DNA of 62,494 bases, filler included, from Choristocarpus tenellus KU-1152 (lineage: Eukaryota; Protista; Phaeophyceae): NCBI GenBank assembly GCA_964200185.2. It is 13 parts of 13 records of this genome, joined end to end, with 100 filler letters (N's around TTAATTAATTAA, not from the genome) between each part and the next. Parts side by side here need not be neighbours in the genome. Positions count along the whole stretch, not along the records: positions 40,239 to 43,597 come from CAXNAD020020553.1; positions 43,698 to 50,446 come from CAXNAD020007431.1; positions 50,547 to 53,782 come from CAXNAD020021345.1; positions 53,883 to 57,028 come from CAXNAD020021987.1; 9 more parts are not named here. One strand, written 5' to 3'. The position numbers were made by a program, and so were the translations under genes. The notes under the pieces are model-generated. The model was given only the letters and a program-made list of their open reading frames with translations, ran no database searches and was not told the origin of the DNA. Below, piece by piece: positions 42,361-55,655 of the stretch. The stretch's first letter is position 1. Every line of letters begins with the position of its first letter.

Positions 42361-43289
42361 TGGGGTTGTCCCTCCGCCGTCGGAACCTGTTTGCAAACCC
42401 TATGTCAGACTTGGACATAAACGGCAAAGAATGCCACCAAATTAGGAGCTAGAGGAACAGCTCCTGACCGGCACAGTGTGAGGGAGATGCTCTACGTCCT
42501 CATTATCAAAATGTAAAGGAACCCCTTACTACCTCCCGTACTTAAGAAGATGGAAGTATCATACGTGAAAAAGTTGACAACAACGTAATCGTGGAGGCAG
42601 ACAACTACAACGTAGTATAATAGAAAAAAGTACGTTGTAAATCCAACTTGAATATTTTTTGCACCAACAGTTCACTATGAATAGGTAAGAGATTATTTGA
42701 GTGTAACAGGTACGTGTACTGGTGATCATTTACCACAAGTTCGTCATCGAGAACTATATGGGCCGAACTGAGGGGATGGAGACTGTCCACCAAACAGTGG
42801 CCACCTCAGGGTGGTGTGTCCCTAATTGGACATGTTGAGGGGGGGCTCAGCGCAGCTATGAGAACGATCAGTGCTGCGACCAACTGGTCCCTGGGGCAGC
42901 CTGAGTCAACCACGAATGAATTATCACTGCGCCAAATTGGTATAGAAGAAGATTAGACTGGGCAGTTGAAACGATAATCGTGGTTCTGTGGTGTCAGGTT
43001 GGAAAAAAAAAAATCATGCTAGGTGAGGGAGCTTGACTGGTGCAATGACAGCATACTGACTGTATTGATGTGTGGGGTTTTGTGGTGTATACTACTACTA
43101 CACAAACGCAAACTATTATCAGTGATCTTCCATTCTTCCATGCAGCATCCCTGGAATATCAGTACCGGTATCAGTATATGCATGGGTATCGGTAACGGTA
43201 ATTATACCGATACCGGTATCACTGTCGACATAACTATCCCTACAGTTTCCCCTGCAGTGTGGGTTTGATTCGATTGACGAGCTTCAGCG

Positions 43290-43387
43290 AGGTCTAGAGC
43301 TTCGGCTAGAGCTACGGCTGGAGCTACGACTATTGTCAGGGTCTGGGCTAGGGCTACGGTCAGAGCTAGGGTTTGGGCTAGGGTTAG
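43290..43387 (+). repeat. Degenerate telomere-like hexamer array (RGGCTA/GGGTTA)
   Basis: gggcta gggcta cggtca gagcta gggttt gggcta gggtta. Confidence 0.7.
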
Positions 43388-43579
43388 TCCTGATCATGAG
43401 CAATTCTAAATAGACGGCATCCATCCCCAGTTGATTGCATTGGTTGTTCATGTACTATTGATGTTGGCACCACCTCCAGCAAAAACAATAAATAAATCTC
43501 CCACAATGCCTTTTCTATGTATGTAGGAAGGTATGGAGATGACAATGCACTATATATATGGAGTAATCCAGTTACAATA

Positions 43580-43597
43580 GGGTCAAAGTATCTGGGG
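43580..43597 (+). mobile_element. MITE-B left terminus at contig end
   Basis: GGGTCAAAGTATCTGGGG. Confidence 0.8.
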
Positions 43598-44367
43598 NNN
43601 NNNNNNNNNNNNNNNNNNNNNNNNNNNNNNNNNNNNNNNNNTTAATTAATTAANNNNNNNNNNNNNNNNNNNNNNNNNNNNNNNNNNNNNNNNNNNNCAG
43701 TCAATTTGGGGTCAAGCCCATCCTCAATGAAAAACTCCATCCTCAATTTTTGAAATCGGCTGTTCCCTGCAGTACATTGTAGAAAATCAAGGAAAAGGGG
43801 GAGTTGGGTATCTTCCTCTAATCAAGTTGTCCTGTTAGGATAGAACCAACATCTGCTGTTACAATGAAGTAGTACTGAGTATAGACACATCAATTTTTAC
43901 GACATAGTCAAACCAAGAAGTAGGCAGGGTTGCATTTGAAGGCCTCGAAAAAGGGCAAAAATATACTATTTTGTACAATTGCAGAAAGAGGCTTTGCTGA
44001 ATTGTGGTGTCACCTTGTGGATCGAAAGGAGGAATATCAATTTTGCGCACACTATTATTGTGAACATAAACCAATGAAATAGAGTGTATTGCACAAGGTA
44101 AGAAAGATGGTTCGAAACGCAAAAGTGTTCAAACCTGCCCACCTCTCAAGTGGTTTGGGTCACACTCTAACATTTATATATATGGAACAAATCACTTAAA
44201 GGATGAGACAGATCTTGTGATAGAGCTCTTAAGATACTTTAGATAATAATTTGTTGAGTATGACGAAATTTTCTGTCGAAACAATTCATAGGAATTTTGA
44301 AATTATTTTATTCGAATCCTCACTTCCTTCGAGAAATTTGCATACCTATTGGTTACACATCGCTTCA

Positions 44368-44634
44368 GAGTGCAAATATCTTTTGAGAGGGTACGAGTTT
44401 TGCCCTGTTTGTCCGTTTGAGGCTTGGTGTCCCCCACGGGCTTTTTATGACATTTTACCTACTCCGAAACATTTCGGAGTTGGTAAAATGTATACGTTAT
44501 GAAAAGGTGTGTCCAGCACAACAAGGATATTGACACTTCCTAATAAACACAATAGCCAAATTTATATCAAAATCGCAACATTGGATTTTTGACCCCAAAA
44601 CGGGCACCGCTCTACCCTCTAAGATACTTCACTC
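44368..44634 (-). mobile_element. MITE-A, complete, TSD TTCA
   Basis: Reverse orientation, both TIRs present. Confidence 0.92.
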
Positions 44635-45422
44635 TTCAATGGATCCAACGCTCTGTTGGGTTGACCGTTTCACCTGTCCAACATCTATAAGGCACTAGTG
44701 TTGACTTCTGGGCACATTTTTGAGAGTTTTATCGAAAGTATCAGTTAGACGTCGTTTGGATGAGTGCAATATCTGTTCTTTGACAACTACTACTAGTCTT
44801 GTCTAGCCCAGGGAATGAGATCCGTTTCTTCTCCCTGTGGACACTTTTTCGTGGTTGTTAAACCTATTGTTTTTTTGTGTTCTTATTGTTGTGTTCAGCC
44901 GTAGGATGGTCGTAACACGTGTCATTCTTATCCCCTACTTTCAAACTAAGGAAAATAACGAAATGCGAGAGATATATGGTAGTATGGTTGGGAATTCAGA
45001 AATCGTCCACACAACTCCAAGAACTGGTAAAGGGCAAACCAAAGATGTGTAGCACTCATCAGGTTGGTTCTGAGATGCTACACTCGTGCGTCTTTGGATG
45101 AGTTCTATACCTATGCTGCACTTAGCCATTTATGGACGTATGGATGCACACTTTTATGACAAGATGGGGAGGAGAAGTTGAGAAAAGTATCCCTGTGTTC
45201 ACCTCGCAGCAATGTAAAATGTGGTTTCCGTACAATACCAGCCGGAGGAATTCCTCTTCAAAATGACCCAACTGGGTGAAGATAGTCAAGAGCAAATTTG
45301 CGGAGTAAGATGGAAAGAGATCTTCGTGTGCCCACCAGAAACACCATGGATGTTAATTTGGGATTCGGTGTTGTTATTGGAAAGGAGGTGGGAGACACTG
45401 GCTAAGCTCACACAGTGGTTGA

Positions 45423-45545
45423 AGATAAAATATCTGCAAGGGGGTGGCAGCTGTCCATCTGGGGCCCATTTTGCCATGTCGCCATTTTTGGACGATTTGG
45501 TTGCATATGTCGGATGGATAATATGTTTTATAGACCCTCGTATAT
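45423..45545 (+). mobile_element. Degenerate, truncated MITE-B
   Basis: AAAATATCTGCAAGGGGGTGGCAGCTGTCCATCTGGGGCCC...GATTTGGTTGCATATGTCGGATGGATAAT. Confidence 0.75.
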
Positions 45546-46740
45546 CTACCTTCGCATCCTTGTGCAAGAAGTACGAAAAAAGACAGAGTCACTGATTAGT
45601 GCCATTATGTTTTTGTCTTAATGAAGTGAATTGAGGTTTTCATTTGATTGAAGTGTGGTAAAGTATAGTACCAAAACGACCTTTTCATAGGCATACGCCG
45701 AATTTTGATATACTGTGGCGAGTACGGTATACAGGGAGGGTTGGGGTAAACGAGAGGTACCCTCGAGCTGCTAGGGGATGGCAGTAAGCTTGTTCCAAAA
45801 TCCGTGTTTTTGAGGAACATCTACATAAACGTTATGGAACAGTCTTCGAAGGTTCAAAACAACGGGGAAATCTACCCTCCTGGGTCGAATCTGGCGCTAA
45901 GTCTAGTGTGTGTGATTGACGGAGGGTATATAAAGAGCGGTTTGTATCGTAAAATTGCCCAAAACGGGTTATCCTTCATTAACCTTGGCGCTGTACGTAA
46001 ATGAAGAGAATAGATTTGAAGTTTGATAGACCCCAATATAATAATTATGTAATGAAGACAATTGTCTATTTTATATACACTGCATAGTGTAGTGGATGAT
46101 TGAGCTACCTTTGCAGCAGAGGAAAAATTGTTGTTGGGGTGGACAAGGTATTCTCCCCTGATAATTATATTTATATTTGGGTGTATCTGCATGATGCTAT
46201 TGCGCTCTGACCATGTCTAAATACAAATGTGATCTATATATATATAGTACACGGATTCTTCTCTTCTTCTACTATCATACGACTGACTTGTTTTCGATAT
46301 GATACAGTATTGTCAGTCCATACTGAACGTTTTTTGTCCATTGCAATGGTCGCTATTTCCACATACCTCATTAGCTCATCATCACAACATACTCAACCAC
46401 CTTCAGAACATAACAGTCGCTACTTATCATCACGCATACAGGCATACTATATCGTGCATTAGTTACCTTAGATATTGATTCAAGCTTGCCTTCTTCTTTG
46501 TTTTACTTCCTTCTTCTTCATACAAGAAGTTATGAGTTGTGTAGCATGTGTTTATTGTTTTTTACTTTTGACTCGCATTGCCCCCTCATAAGACATCCTA
46601 TTCACTCTGCAATACGTGCACCAGACACACGGCGGGATGCAACATAGAGATAAAACATCGTTCGAAACCCCTCTCAGTAAAGGTGACAAGCTTCTTCACA
46701 GAGCATGCATTTCTTCAATTGAGCGTCTCAATGACTGATC

Positions 46741-46801
46741 TGTTGAGAAACTTGGCACATGTAAGGCTCATGACGTAAGGACAACACTAGGTTATTCAAC
46801 A
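46741..46801 (-). repeat. Copia 3' LTR, only 61 bp (internally deleted)
   Basis: TGTTGAATAACCTAGTGTT...CCAAGTTTCTCAACA immediately after the PPT. Confidence 0.8.
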
Positions 46802-48761
46802 CCCTCCCCTTGCTGAAAACGAGTAATAACTCTCAATCAATCAATCTTGAACAACAACAACAACAACAACAAAAATTACAACACACATATTATCTTACAT
46901 GTTCATCAAAAACTTCACATGCTAAGAACTGGAACTGGCAAATTCTTGCCCAGCACATCCGCTCTCTGATTTGAAGTATCGACAAAAACAACACAAATAT
47001 CTCCTTTTCTAGATAAGTCCCTCAGAAAATGGTATCAGACACCAATGTGCTTTGTTCTAGTAGAGCTTGTGACATTTCGTACCAGTTTGGCATGCACTAT
47101 CGTTATCTTCAAACATGTCAATGCAACGCCTAGGAAACTGTGGCAGAATAAACTCAAAAACGCTTCTCAAGAAAAGTAATTCCTCCTGTCCCACACTGCT
47201 AAGAGCTATGTACTCTCCGTGGAAGACAGAGCTACAACTCTTTGTACCATTGATATCCAAGATATTGCTCCTCCTGCAAACATTATTGCTCCTCCAGTCA
47301 CTGATCTATGATCATTCCAGTCTCCAGCATAACTAGCATCAGCATACGCACTCAACTCACACTCAGTATCAAAACCACCGAAACTCAATCCTAAAATACA
47401 TTTCGCTGCACGCCAATGTGTGACTTTGGGATTGCTACTGTACTTCGCCACTGCACGAACTGCATTTGCAATGTCAAGCCTAGTCATAACGGATCCCCAC
47501 ATCAAACTACCAACTGTCTCTCTGTACGGTTTATTTTCATCAACACTTGGATAAGATCCTCACTCTTGTCCAAAGTCTATGAGAGATCATGGAGTACTGC
47601 CCTTTTCTTTGCCCCATCCATACCAAATCTTTGACAAATACTCTTAATGCACCTAGTCTGACTGATAGTGACAGTCTGTGCAATTCTGTAATGTGAAATC
47701 TCACAACCCATATAATACTCAAGATCACCAAAATCTTCTATGAAGAACTGCTCTTTAATCCTAGAGCGAACCCAAATCAAAACATTTATTATACCAGCTA
47801 CCAAAGGATCGTCTACGTGGGGGGCTATCACAACACAAACAACGCCATCTCTTACATAGCGTAACACAAGGATCTGCTCTGTATTGCTCAAAACCACAGT
47901 GTTTCCAAACATGAACCAACAAAGTATTAAACTCCCTGCTAGCCTGTTTGGTGCCATATAGGGCTTTCACTAAACGCACAATCCTTCCTGACCATATGCC
48001 ACATCCATCACATAAACGTACAAAGATCTCTCCACTAACGTCTGTGTGGATAAAAGCTTGTTTCACATCCCAATCCTTTTCTGCAGCTAGTGCTAAAACT
48101 ATTTTCAACTACGCAAGGGACGGTGTTGGTGCAAAGGTATCTTGGTAATCTAAACCCTCAATCCTCGCAAACCTTTTGCTACCAAACGTGCCTTGTATCT
48201 AACTACCTCACCAAATTTGTTAGTCTTATGCTTGTGAATCCATTTAGTGTCTATTGCCCTGCGTCCAGGGGGTAATACAGCCTCTACCCAAACATTATTC
48301 AACAACAAACCAGACATCTTTTTTGCTCTAGCTCGATCCCATAAACCACATTCGGGAGAGATACGTGCTGCTCTTACAGTCTTGGGTTCTGGAGGGAGCT
48401 CATCCGCTAACACTCTAGTAGAAACATTACTCGCACACATCGCAAGGGTAGTCTCAATGGCAACAGAAAAACAAGTAATAAAAAATTGGATGTGTCGAAG
48501 ACAGCAGCTTTTGTGCAGAAGTAGGATGATTGCCTGATCTGGTGCGATGTGTCGTGTAAATGTTGCCAATGCTGTATTTGTTGTCGTGGTTCCTTTTCAC
48601 ATTGGCTGTCCTTATACTCATTCCCCCCATCATTGCTGTTGTTAGTCTCATCCGCCTTAGTCTCATCAACATCATCATCACCTTCATCACCTTCATCACC
48701 TTCACCACATTCATCACCATCATCACCCACAAGTTGGTCACTATCAGTCCATGTAGCTTCA

Positions 48762-48873
48762 GATATTGACACTTTCTAACAAACACGATAGCCATAAATA
48801 CACCACCAACATCGCTTCATCGGATTTTCGCCCCCAAACGGACGCGGCTCTACCCTCGAAGATACTTTTACTC
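48762..48873 (-). mobile_element. Half MITE-A at a deletion junction inside the copia integrase
   Basis: GATATTGACAC...GGACGCGGCTCTACCCTCGAAGATACTTTTACTC. Confidence 0.85.
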
Positions 48874-50036
48874 GAATGTAACGAATGCGCCGCCCACTGG
48901 GAATTACTTCGGTCTTGAACCATTGTCCAAGGGCTTTGGGCACATTGTTTATAATCTGGAGTAGGTAAATCCGAACAAAACGTGTGGCATCATCAACAAT
49001 GACCAGGGCGTACTGGGCTCCACCCAGAGATCGAACTTTCTTGGGTCCAGTGAGGTCAATGAAGATTCGGGTGAAAGGTCCTTTAGCCCGTACACTGGTA
49101 GATTTTGGGATGGGTTCACTGTTTCGAGTACCCTTGGTACACCCCACACATTTTGCTGACGCTAGATTTCCGGACAGCTTTTGGTTCCTTGTTCTTTGGC
49201 TGTGCGGCGGAGGATGGGCTCACGAGCATGGTTCAAAACCGATGGAAAAGATTGATGTGCATGGGGGCAGACAAGACAGTTGCAACAAAGGGTGCATCTC
49301 CTGGGGGTGGTAACCTTTCTGTGCGTCAGCTGAATACATGGATCCATCCCACTTAAATATAAGTGGGAGGCCCCCTTCATCAGACATGGAGTACCCCACA
49401 CCAGTTCCTGTGATTGTCATATCTTCTGCCATATCAGCCAAGTGTGAAGAGAGAAAATTGAATGCTAGATCTGGGACTAATGCAACAGACCCCAAGGTAA
49501 CGTGCACCCACTCATTAAGGCCTACATTGAAAAATAAATCAAGTTTGTCGTATCCTACAATGGATATTGATGTGACATTAGCCACACTGTCATGTTTCGG
49601 TCCTGGGGACATGGGGTGAAGTCATACATGTACGTTGGGTCTTTTGTCACACTATTGGATGCCCCAGAATCAAAACACCATCTCTCTAAATCACATCGGC
49701 TCACCTTACCACTGTCAGTTACAGCAGCTAACATGGTCTTAAACTTCCTTCCAGTCCTAGCCGGTTCCTCTGATCCAGGTAGTTCTTCCGCCGACTTTGG
49801 CGAAGTCGCCCTCAGGCGACCAAAATTTCCCACCCCTCTTGGTGGTACCGCCTTCCTCTGAGGGCAAACAGCTTGCTGGTGGCCTCTGCTTCTGCAGCTG
49901 TAGCACACTGCTCTGAATGTACAGTGACCTGTATGTCGAAACAATCCGCACTTGTTGCATTTATCAAGTGCCTTGGTGTGGCCCCTGGCACGGGATCCTG
50001 TCGAACCAGGGGCTGTACGTTGACCATTCGTACTCA

Positions 50037-50232
50037 GAACCAAAGTATCTTAGAGGGTAGAGCCGTGTCCAATGCTGCGATTTCAATGCAATTTTGGCCA
50101 TCGTTTTTGTTAGGAAGAAGTGTCAATATCCATGTTCTGGACACACCTTTTCATAACATTTACACTCTACCTATTCCTAAACATTTTGGAGAAGGAAAAT
50201 GTCATAAAATAACCCATGGGAAGCCAAGCCCC
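50037..50232 (+). mobile_element. MITE-A, right end truncated
   Basis: GAACCAAAGTATCTTAGAGGGTAG...CATGGGAAGCCAAGCCCC. Confidence 0.88.
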
Positions 50233-50234
50233 TC

Positions 50235-50319
50235 TGTGCAAATTCCTTGGGAGGTAATGCTATTTCTCAGTAGTGAAGATAAGAGGGTGTGAAGCCTCAC
50301 ACGACCCCTTTGCTGAACG
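50235..50319. mobile_element. Short hairpin-ended element related to 8586-8740 (opposite orientation)
   Basis: TGTGCAAATTCCTTGGGAGGTAATGCTATTTCTCAGT, with CTTTGCT at the far end. Confidence 0.45.
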
Positions 50320-50372
50320 TGAAAAAGAATGGAGAAATTAGAAGAGTGACCTTTGTAGGGTGTCTTCTCATC

Positions 50373-50446
50373 GAGCGAAAGTATCTTAGAGGGTACGAGT
50401 TTTGCCCTGTTTGTCCATTTGGGGCTTGACTTCCCTTGGGGTTTTT
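50373..50446 (-). mobile_element. MITE-A end cut by contig boundary
   Basis: GAGCGAAAGTATCTTAGAGGGTACGAG... Confidence 0.88.
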
Positions 50447-50599
50447 NNNNNNNNNNNNNNNNNNNNNNNNNNNNNNNNNNNNNNNNNNNNTTAATTAATT
50501 AANNNNNNNNNNNNNNNNNNNNNNNNNNNNNNNNNNNNNNNNNNNNTTGGTTTTGTTTGTTTGGTGGGTAAAGAAAGGGCCCCGTTCCTGGTAAGGGCC

Positions 50600-50656
50600 C
50601 GAATGGACCCCCCGGTGGAGACCTCCCCCCCCCCCCCCCCCCAGATACTTTGAGCC
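50600..50656. mobile_element. MITE-B terminus
   Basis: Poly-C followed by CAGATACTTTGAGCC. Confidence 0.8.
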
Positions 50657-51008
50657 CCATATGCATCTATCATGTTTCTTCCTCTTTGGTCCTCCTGCCC
50701 ATAACTACATCAAAGCAGCACAAAAGAGATGACAAGAGAATTTCAGTAAGAGATATACTTTGAATGTAAAAGGGTCAGAGTGGGGGGTATTGATATATTT
50801 TATTAATACTTGCCTGCACGTCATCAGTACAAAGGTGGAGCTGGAGTGTAGACTTGACACTACTTACACTTGGTTTTGGGTTTTTAAGTCGCCAATTGGT
50901 CAGGTAATTTTTGGGGGTGGGAGTTGTTTTTCTTCATTTTGGCTGGGTGAATGTGTTCAATACGTTTTATTAGAGCAGTCAGGCGGTGCATTTGGATTGT
51001 GTATTGAA

Positions 51009-51262
51009 GAGTGAAAGTATCTTAGACGGTACGGGTTTTGCCCTCTTCGTCCATTTAGGGCTTGACTTCCCATGAGTTCTTTTATTATATTTTCCTATTT
51101 CAAAATTTTTAGGATGAGGTGAAGTATGTATCATATGAAAAGGTGTGTTCAGAACATCGATATTGACACCTCTTAACAAACACAATGGCCAACATTACAT
51201 CATAAACATTGTATTTTTGCCCCAAAATGGACGCGGCTCTACCCTCTAAGATACTTTGACTC
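51009..51262 (-). mobile_element. MITE-A, complete, TSD TGAA
   Basis: GAGTGAAAGTATCTTAGACGGTA...TACCCTCTAAGATACTTTGACTC. Confidence 0.95.
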
Positions 51263-52047
51263 TGAACACACTTTGCAAGGAATAGTAAGCACACAAGAAG
51301 AATATGTTACGCCAGCATCCTATTGGACCAATGTTACATCAAATGTACTCTGTATTAAATTACTCTCTTTTTGTACAATTTTCGTTGCCGCCACCTCATT
51401 CCTTACATGGTTCCTCCAGCGTATCACCACAATAAGTCCCTACAAAAATTATATCACGATTCAGCTTTTTTGATTTTTATTTGTCGAGGTGGCAGTAGTG
51501 CTGAAGGTCGCCAAGCTGATGCTGATAGGTGAGTAATTCTGAGGGTGGACCATTGTTATGAAAGAGTTTATTGGTATTCCGTCTCAGACAGAGGTGTGCA
51601 ACCTGTGAACAATGGGACTGAGCATGACTGTGTACATATATCCTCCCGAAGTGTATGTATAAATATTTCCATGCATCACACAAATTGTGAAGCCCCAATG
51701 ATGGTAACCCAACTAGTAGATTGGTCGTGGTGAGCATGCCAAACTCAGGTTGGAATTAGAGAATTGATTGATGTTTCAAAGGTACTCTAATATTCCATAG
51801 TCCATGACGATTGTTGTCCTTGGACCTGAAAGATAGAGTGATTGATGACTTTAGGAAACACAACAGGAGGGAACACCATAAACACTCTCTATTTGAATGA
51901 GTCATGAAGGGAATGCAGTCCTTTAAAATTTTTACATGAGGAACACATCCTCCTTCCTGTACCTGTTGAAAGATTAGAGAATACTAATGCCATGGTAGTT
52001 CGTACGCTTTTACATATTGGATTGGAAGATTAAGACTTAAATGTGAT

Positions 52048-52121
52048 GGCGCCATGGTTTAGTTGGTCAGAACATGTCGTTGACATCGACAAGGTCCCGG
52101 GTTCGAACCCCGGTGGCACCT
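52048..52121 (+). tRNA. tRNA-Val(GAC) with a C3:A70 mismatch and T73; possibly a pseudogene
   Basis: Acceptor GGCGCCA/TGGCACC, D stem GTTT/GAAC, anticodon arm TGTCG-TTGACAT-CGACA, T arm CCGGG-TTCGAAC-CCCGG. A T7 run follows. Confidence 0.88.
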
Positions 52122-53756
52122 TTTTTTCGCTTTTTTAACCTCATTCAAATTATCTTCACAACGTGTTGATAATACAAAAAACATACATGTCACACTACTA
52201 GCTGATAATATCAAGCGACTTCTCTTCCAAAGGTAATCCACTATGTAAGGTGATGATAATCGGATTTCCCAAAAATTTATGGTATAAATTGGTCATGTGT
52301 CACGTAGGACCTTTGATGGGCACAACCCGTCAATTAGAGCTTCTTTGCTGAGCTCAAGAAGACCTCTGAAATTGACAAAAATAATAACTCTACCAACAGT
52401 ACTATATATGGTCAGACAATGACAATACAAATGTATTGTCGAGGAAGAGGGACTTTGGAAGAGACAGTCAAGGGGGGGGAAAGGCTGCGGGGCATCCTGT
52501 GGGAGCAGAGGAGAGGGCTATGTCTTAGACTTTTCCAGATGTTTTGGCAGCAGGGGGGGGGCACCATCCCTGCTCCATGGTTATTGAGGGTGGAAGGGAA
52601 GTCAATATCCACATAATGGGGAACAAGAGCAAGATGCTGTACCTCCCAGGAACCCTGTAGATGCCATGGATATGCCGCCATCGTGGAAGATGTGGGACGG
52701 ATTATTTGCATGATAACAGCCCCACTCCAGTAACTAGCACCAATCGTTCGTATACCTGATAACACGTACTTGAAAGGAAATATTAAGTCGAAATCAGTGG
52801 TCCAGTTTACATCTGCCAATTTATTCAGCATCAATTTTCTGATATTCCTGATCGTTGAGGCTGCAACATTATCCCATCAAGGTGAAATAACACGACATCA
52901 AAACAGTGCATCATGACAGTAAGTGAGATTAGAGTTTGCTAATATGAACAGATTTGAAAGGAGGCATACGTATAAAGAAAATTTATACACCTGTCCATTC
53001 TTTGCTTCTGTTTTGTATTTGGATTGCAATAGAGCCTCCATCCCTCACATCCGCATTGGATATTCCTCATCCTCCTTTCCCCCAATGATACTCAACATGT
53101 TTTTGTCTGCCGAAAAGATTAAACTCCAGCACACACGCACCCGTCTCGCAAATTGCTGCTGAGTACCATGACAAGGGACCTTAGACAAGAATATCAACTT
53201 TAAAAATTCACTTGAATGCTCTTGATGTTCCGAATGATCTGCAACTAGAGATCGGTTTGCTGTTGAAATGCGTGCTCTTGTCCCATCACTTTGTAGAGGT
53301 CAGACGCCTGGACCACGTGTATCATGGAAGCAGCAACCCTTAAAGTGTCTCTTGTCCCAGAACAACATGGGGGATCCAGCAACGAACTTCTGCTCCATGA
53401 GTGTGAATGTTCACTCGTTGCAAACATCTATGTGGAGAAAGGCTCCACTGACTGGGCAAAACGCTGTGTATTTTGAAGGTAGTTTGTCGGTGGAGATATT
53501 TTGTGAATGGAGCCTGAAAACATCTGGCACATCCTTAACTTTGATATCGTTTCCTAATTCTCAATTGTGTAGGAACGGATGGAAGTTTATCGTCTTCCTG
53601 AGTACATGAAGATCAGGGCAAAGGGAATAGCTAAGCCAAAAAACAGTTGTCAATTTAGATACTGAAACACGAAAAAATGAGACGGAGGGAGCAAGATGGT
53701 GGCTGGCCGACGTTGAGTTACACACCTCAGAAAAAGAGTGCCCATCCTGTAGAAAT

Positions 53757-53782
53757 GACCAAAAGTATCTGGGAGGGGGGGG
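53757..53782 (+). mobile_element. MITE-B terminus at contig end
   Basis: GACCAAAAGTATCTGGGAGGGGGGG. Confidence 0.8.
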
Positions 53783-55655
53783 NNNNNNNNNNNNNNNNNN
53801 NNNNNNNNNNNNNNNNNNNNNNNNNNTTAATTAATTAANNNNNNNNNNNNNNNNNNNNNNNNNNNNNNNNNNNNNNNNNNNNCCCCTTTTCACACCCCCC
53901 CCCCCCTCTCCCTCAAGACTAATGCAAAGATAGTAATTCAATGAAACCGGGTGCAGGTGTCACCAAAAGATAATCCGTTGAAATATTCACAGTAATAATA
54001 ATAGTAAACAATGTACTTGTAACTGTCAGCAGCACAACAAAAGCTAGAAGCATATACGTGAGAAGTGAAGAGAACCAACAGTCTCCCAACATCCAGTTGT
54101 TTCTTTCCTTGCCTCAGCCCCCTCACATGTTCCATCACTGCATTACTACATGTCAGGCCTGGAATATACTGCCAAATATGTAGTAGGACATGGATATATG
54201 TATACATATTCTTTTTTGGGGGTGTACTCAATATGTGCACCCAAAAATAAGGAACAAAATATGCAGAAGGCTTTTTGCTCTACTCAGCTCCTGCACCAAG
54301 TGTTTTGCTTAGGTAAATCGAAACGTTCCACTTTGAGCTGCCAAACAATTGCTTAGAAAAAGAAACGCGTACATGTCTATGTTTAAGGTTGGGGGTCATC
54401 TCAAGGCAGTGGACAACAGGGCATGAGCAAGTCCCCAAACACTACTAATAACAATACAAAATAAGCAGTGCAAAAATCACCCAATATGATAATGTGCTTT
54501 ACCTAAAACTCTCTCCCCCACCCGCCCCAATTCTTACCATCACTTATTAACCTTCAAAATTCAAATAAACGGTTAGGGAAAGAAACACCAACATTGAGGT
54601 AGGGGATGAAACAAGAATGTTCATAAAATTACGATAATACTCCAGAGTAAAAATGATAGCATTCTTGTTCTTTTCACTCAGAGTGAGCTAACGCAATGAC
54701 TCGTTCACTCTGCAAACTCCCTGACCCTTGCCCCCCCCCCTCCTTCACAAATCTTGGCGTGAGTCCGTGCCTATGAAAAGGTATGTCTTGAAGATAAGGG
54801 TAAGGGGGTTGGGCATGCCCTTGAGCAAACAGTGTGAACTACTGAAACATATGGGCAAGGTTCTAGTTAGAGCTTTCACAACAGGTATGTACTGGGGTGG
54901 GGGGAGGTCAGGGGGGATGAGTACTAAAGGGTTGGTATGTGGAACCATTGCATAAGCCTGCCCACATTTGGCTATGACTTTGGCATTGGGAAGGAAAGAG
55001 GAACGGGGAGGGGACTGCAATGGGGCTGGGGATGTAGGACTGTTATGTGCAAGCCAGGGCATACTAAGGCATTGGCCACCACATGGAAAAGTTCATTTGC
55101 ATCCAGGGTCTTTTGGTATGGTGTTCTAGTGAGGGGGATGGATTGATGGACAGGTGGACGGTCAGGGCTAGGGTTAGGGCTAGGAAACAGGAAAGGGTGA
55201 CAAAAAATGTCATTATGTGTGTGCCCTCCAGGGATCCAGAATTGATGAAACATCTGATTCACCTATTCCACTACATGCAAGTAATACATGTATAATACAT
55301 GGGAAGGGGCCAAGTCCCAGAAAGAGTACCATCAACAACAAAAATTGAGACAATTTACTTTATTATTTGAGGCATAGGATTACATAGTACAAGGCAACAC
55401 GTAAAATGGAAACACCTGTACAGCACTACATTGAGCAAATATAATGCTTTTCTTCACCAACACCCCTCCCCCTATATCAATTTATCTTCATCAATCCTTT
55501 TTGCATCGATTCTTTTATCCCACCAAGTCACCCACACCTAACCCACAGAGAGACTAAACAGTACTGTGGACACATCCTGTTGTAGATGAAAAAGTGATGG
55601 GGCAAGGGTGGAGGCATCACAACAACAACAAAAAAAGACCTTTGAATGTACTCAC

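Larger units (their letters stand above)
46741..50036 (-). mobile_element. Decayed Ty1/copia LTR retrotransposon (gag-PR-INT-RT-RH, PPT, 3' LTR), 5' end lost
   Basis: CYSCRSRGHQQAVC knuckle, protease WCFDSGAS, integrase FIDLTGP..YALVIVDDATRF, RT EPKT..KWIHKHK..YKARLVAKG, KALYGTKQASR and HVDD, RNase H AYADASYAGD..RSVTG, EDNDSA and TKHI..YHFLRD. PPT AAGGGGAGGG at 46811-46802. Confidence 0.95.

Noticed and set aside
42488-42940. Possible gene divergent from ABI
   Set aside because: I could not build an in-frame exon chain or recognise a product.
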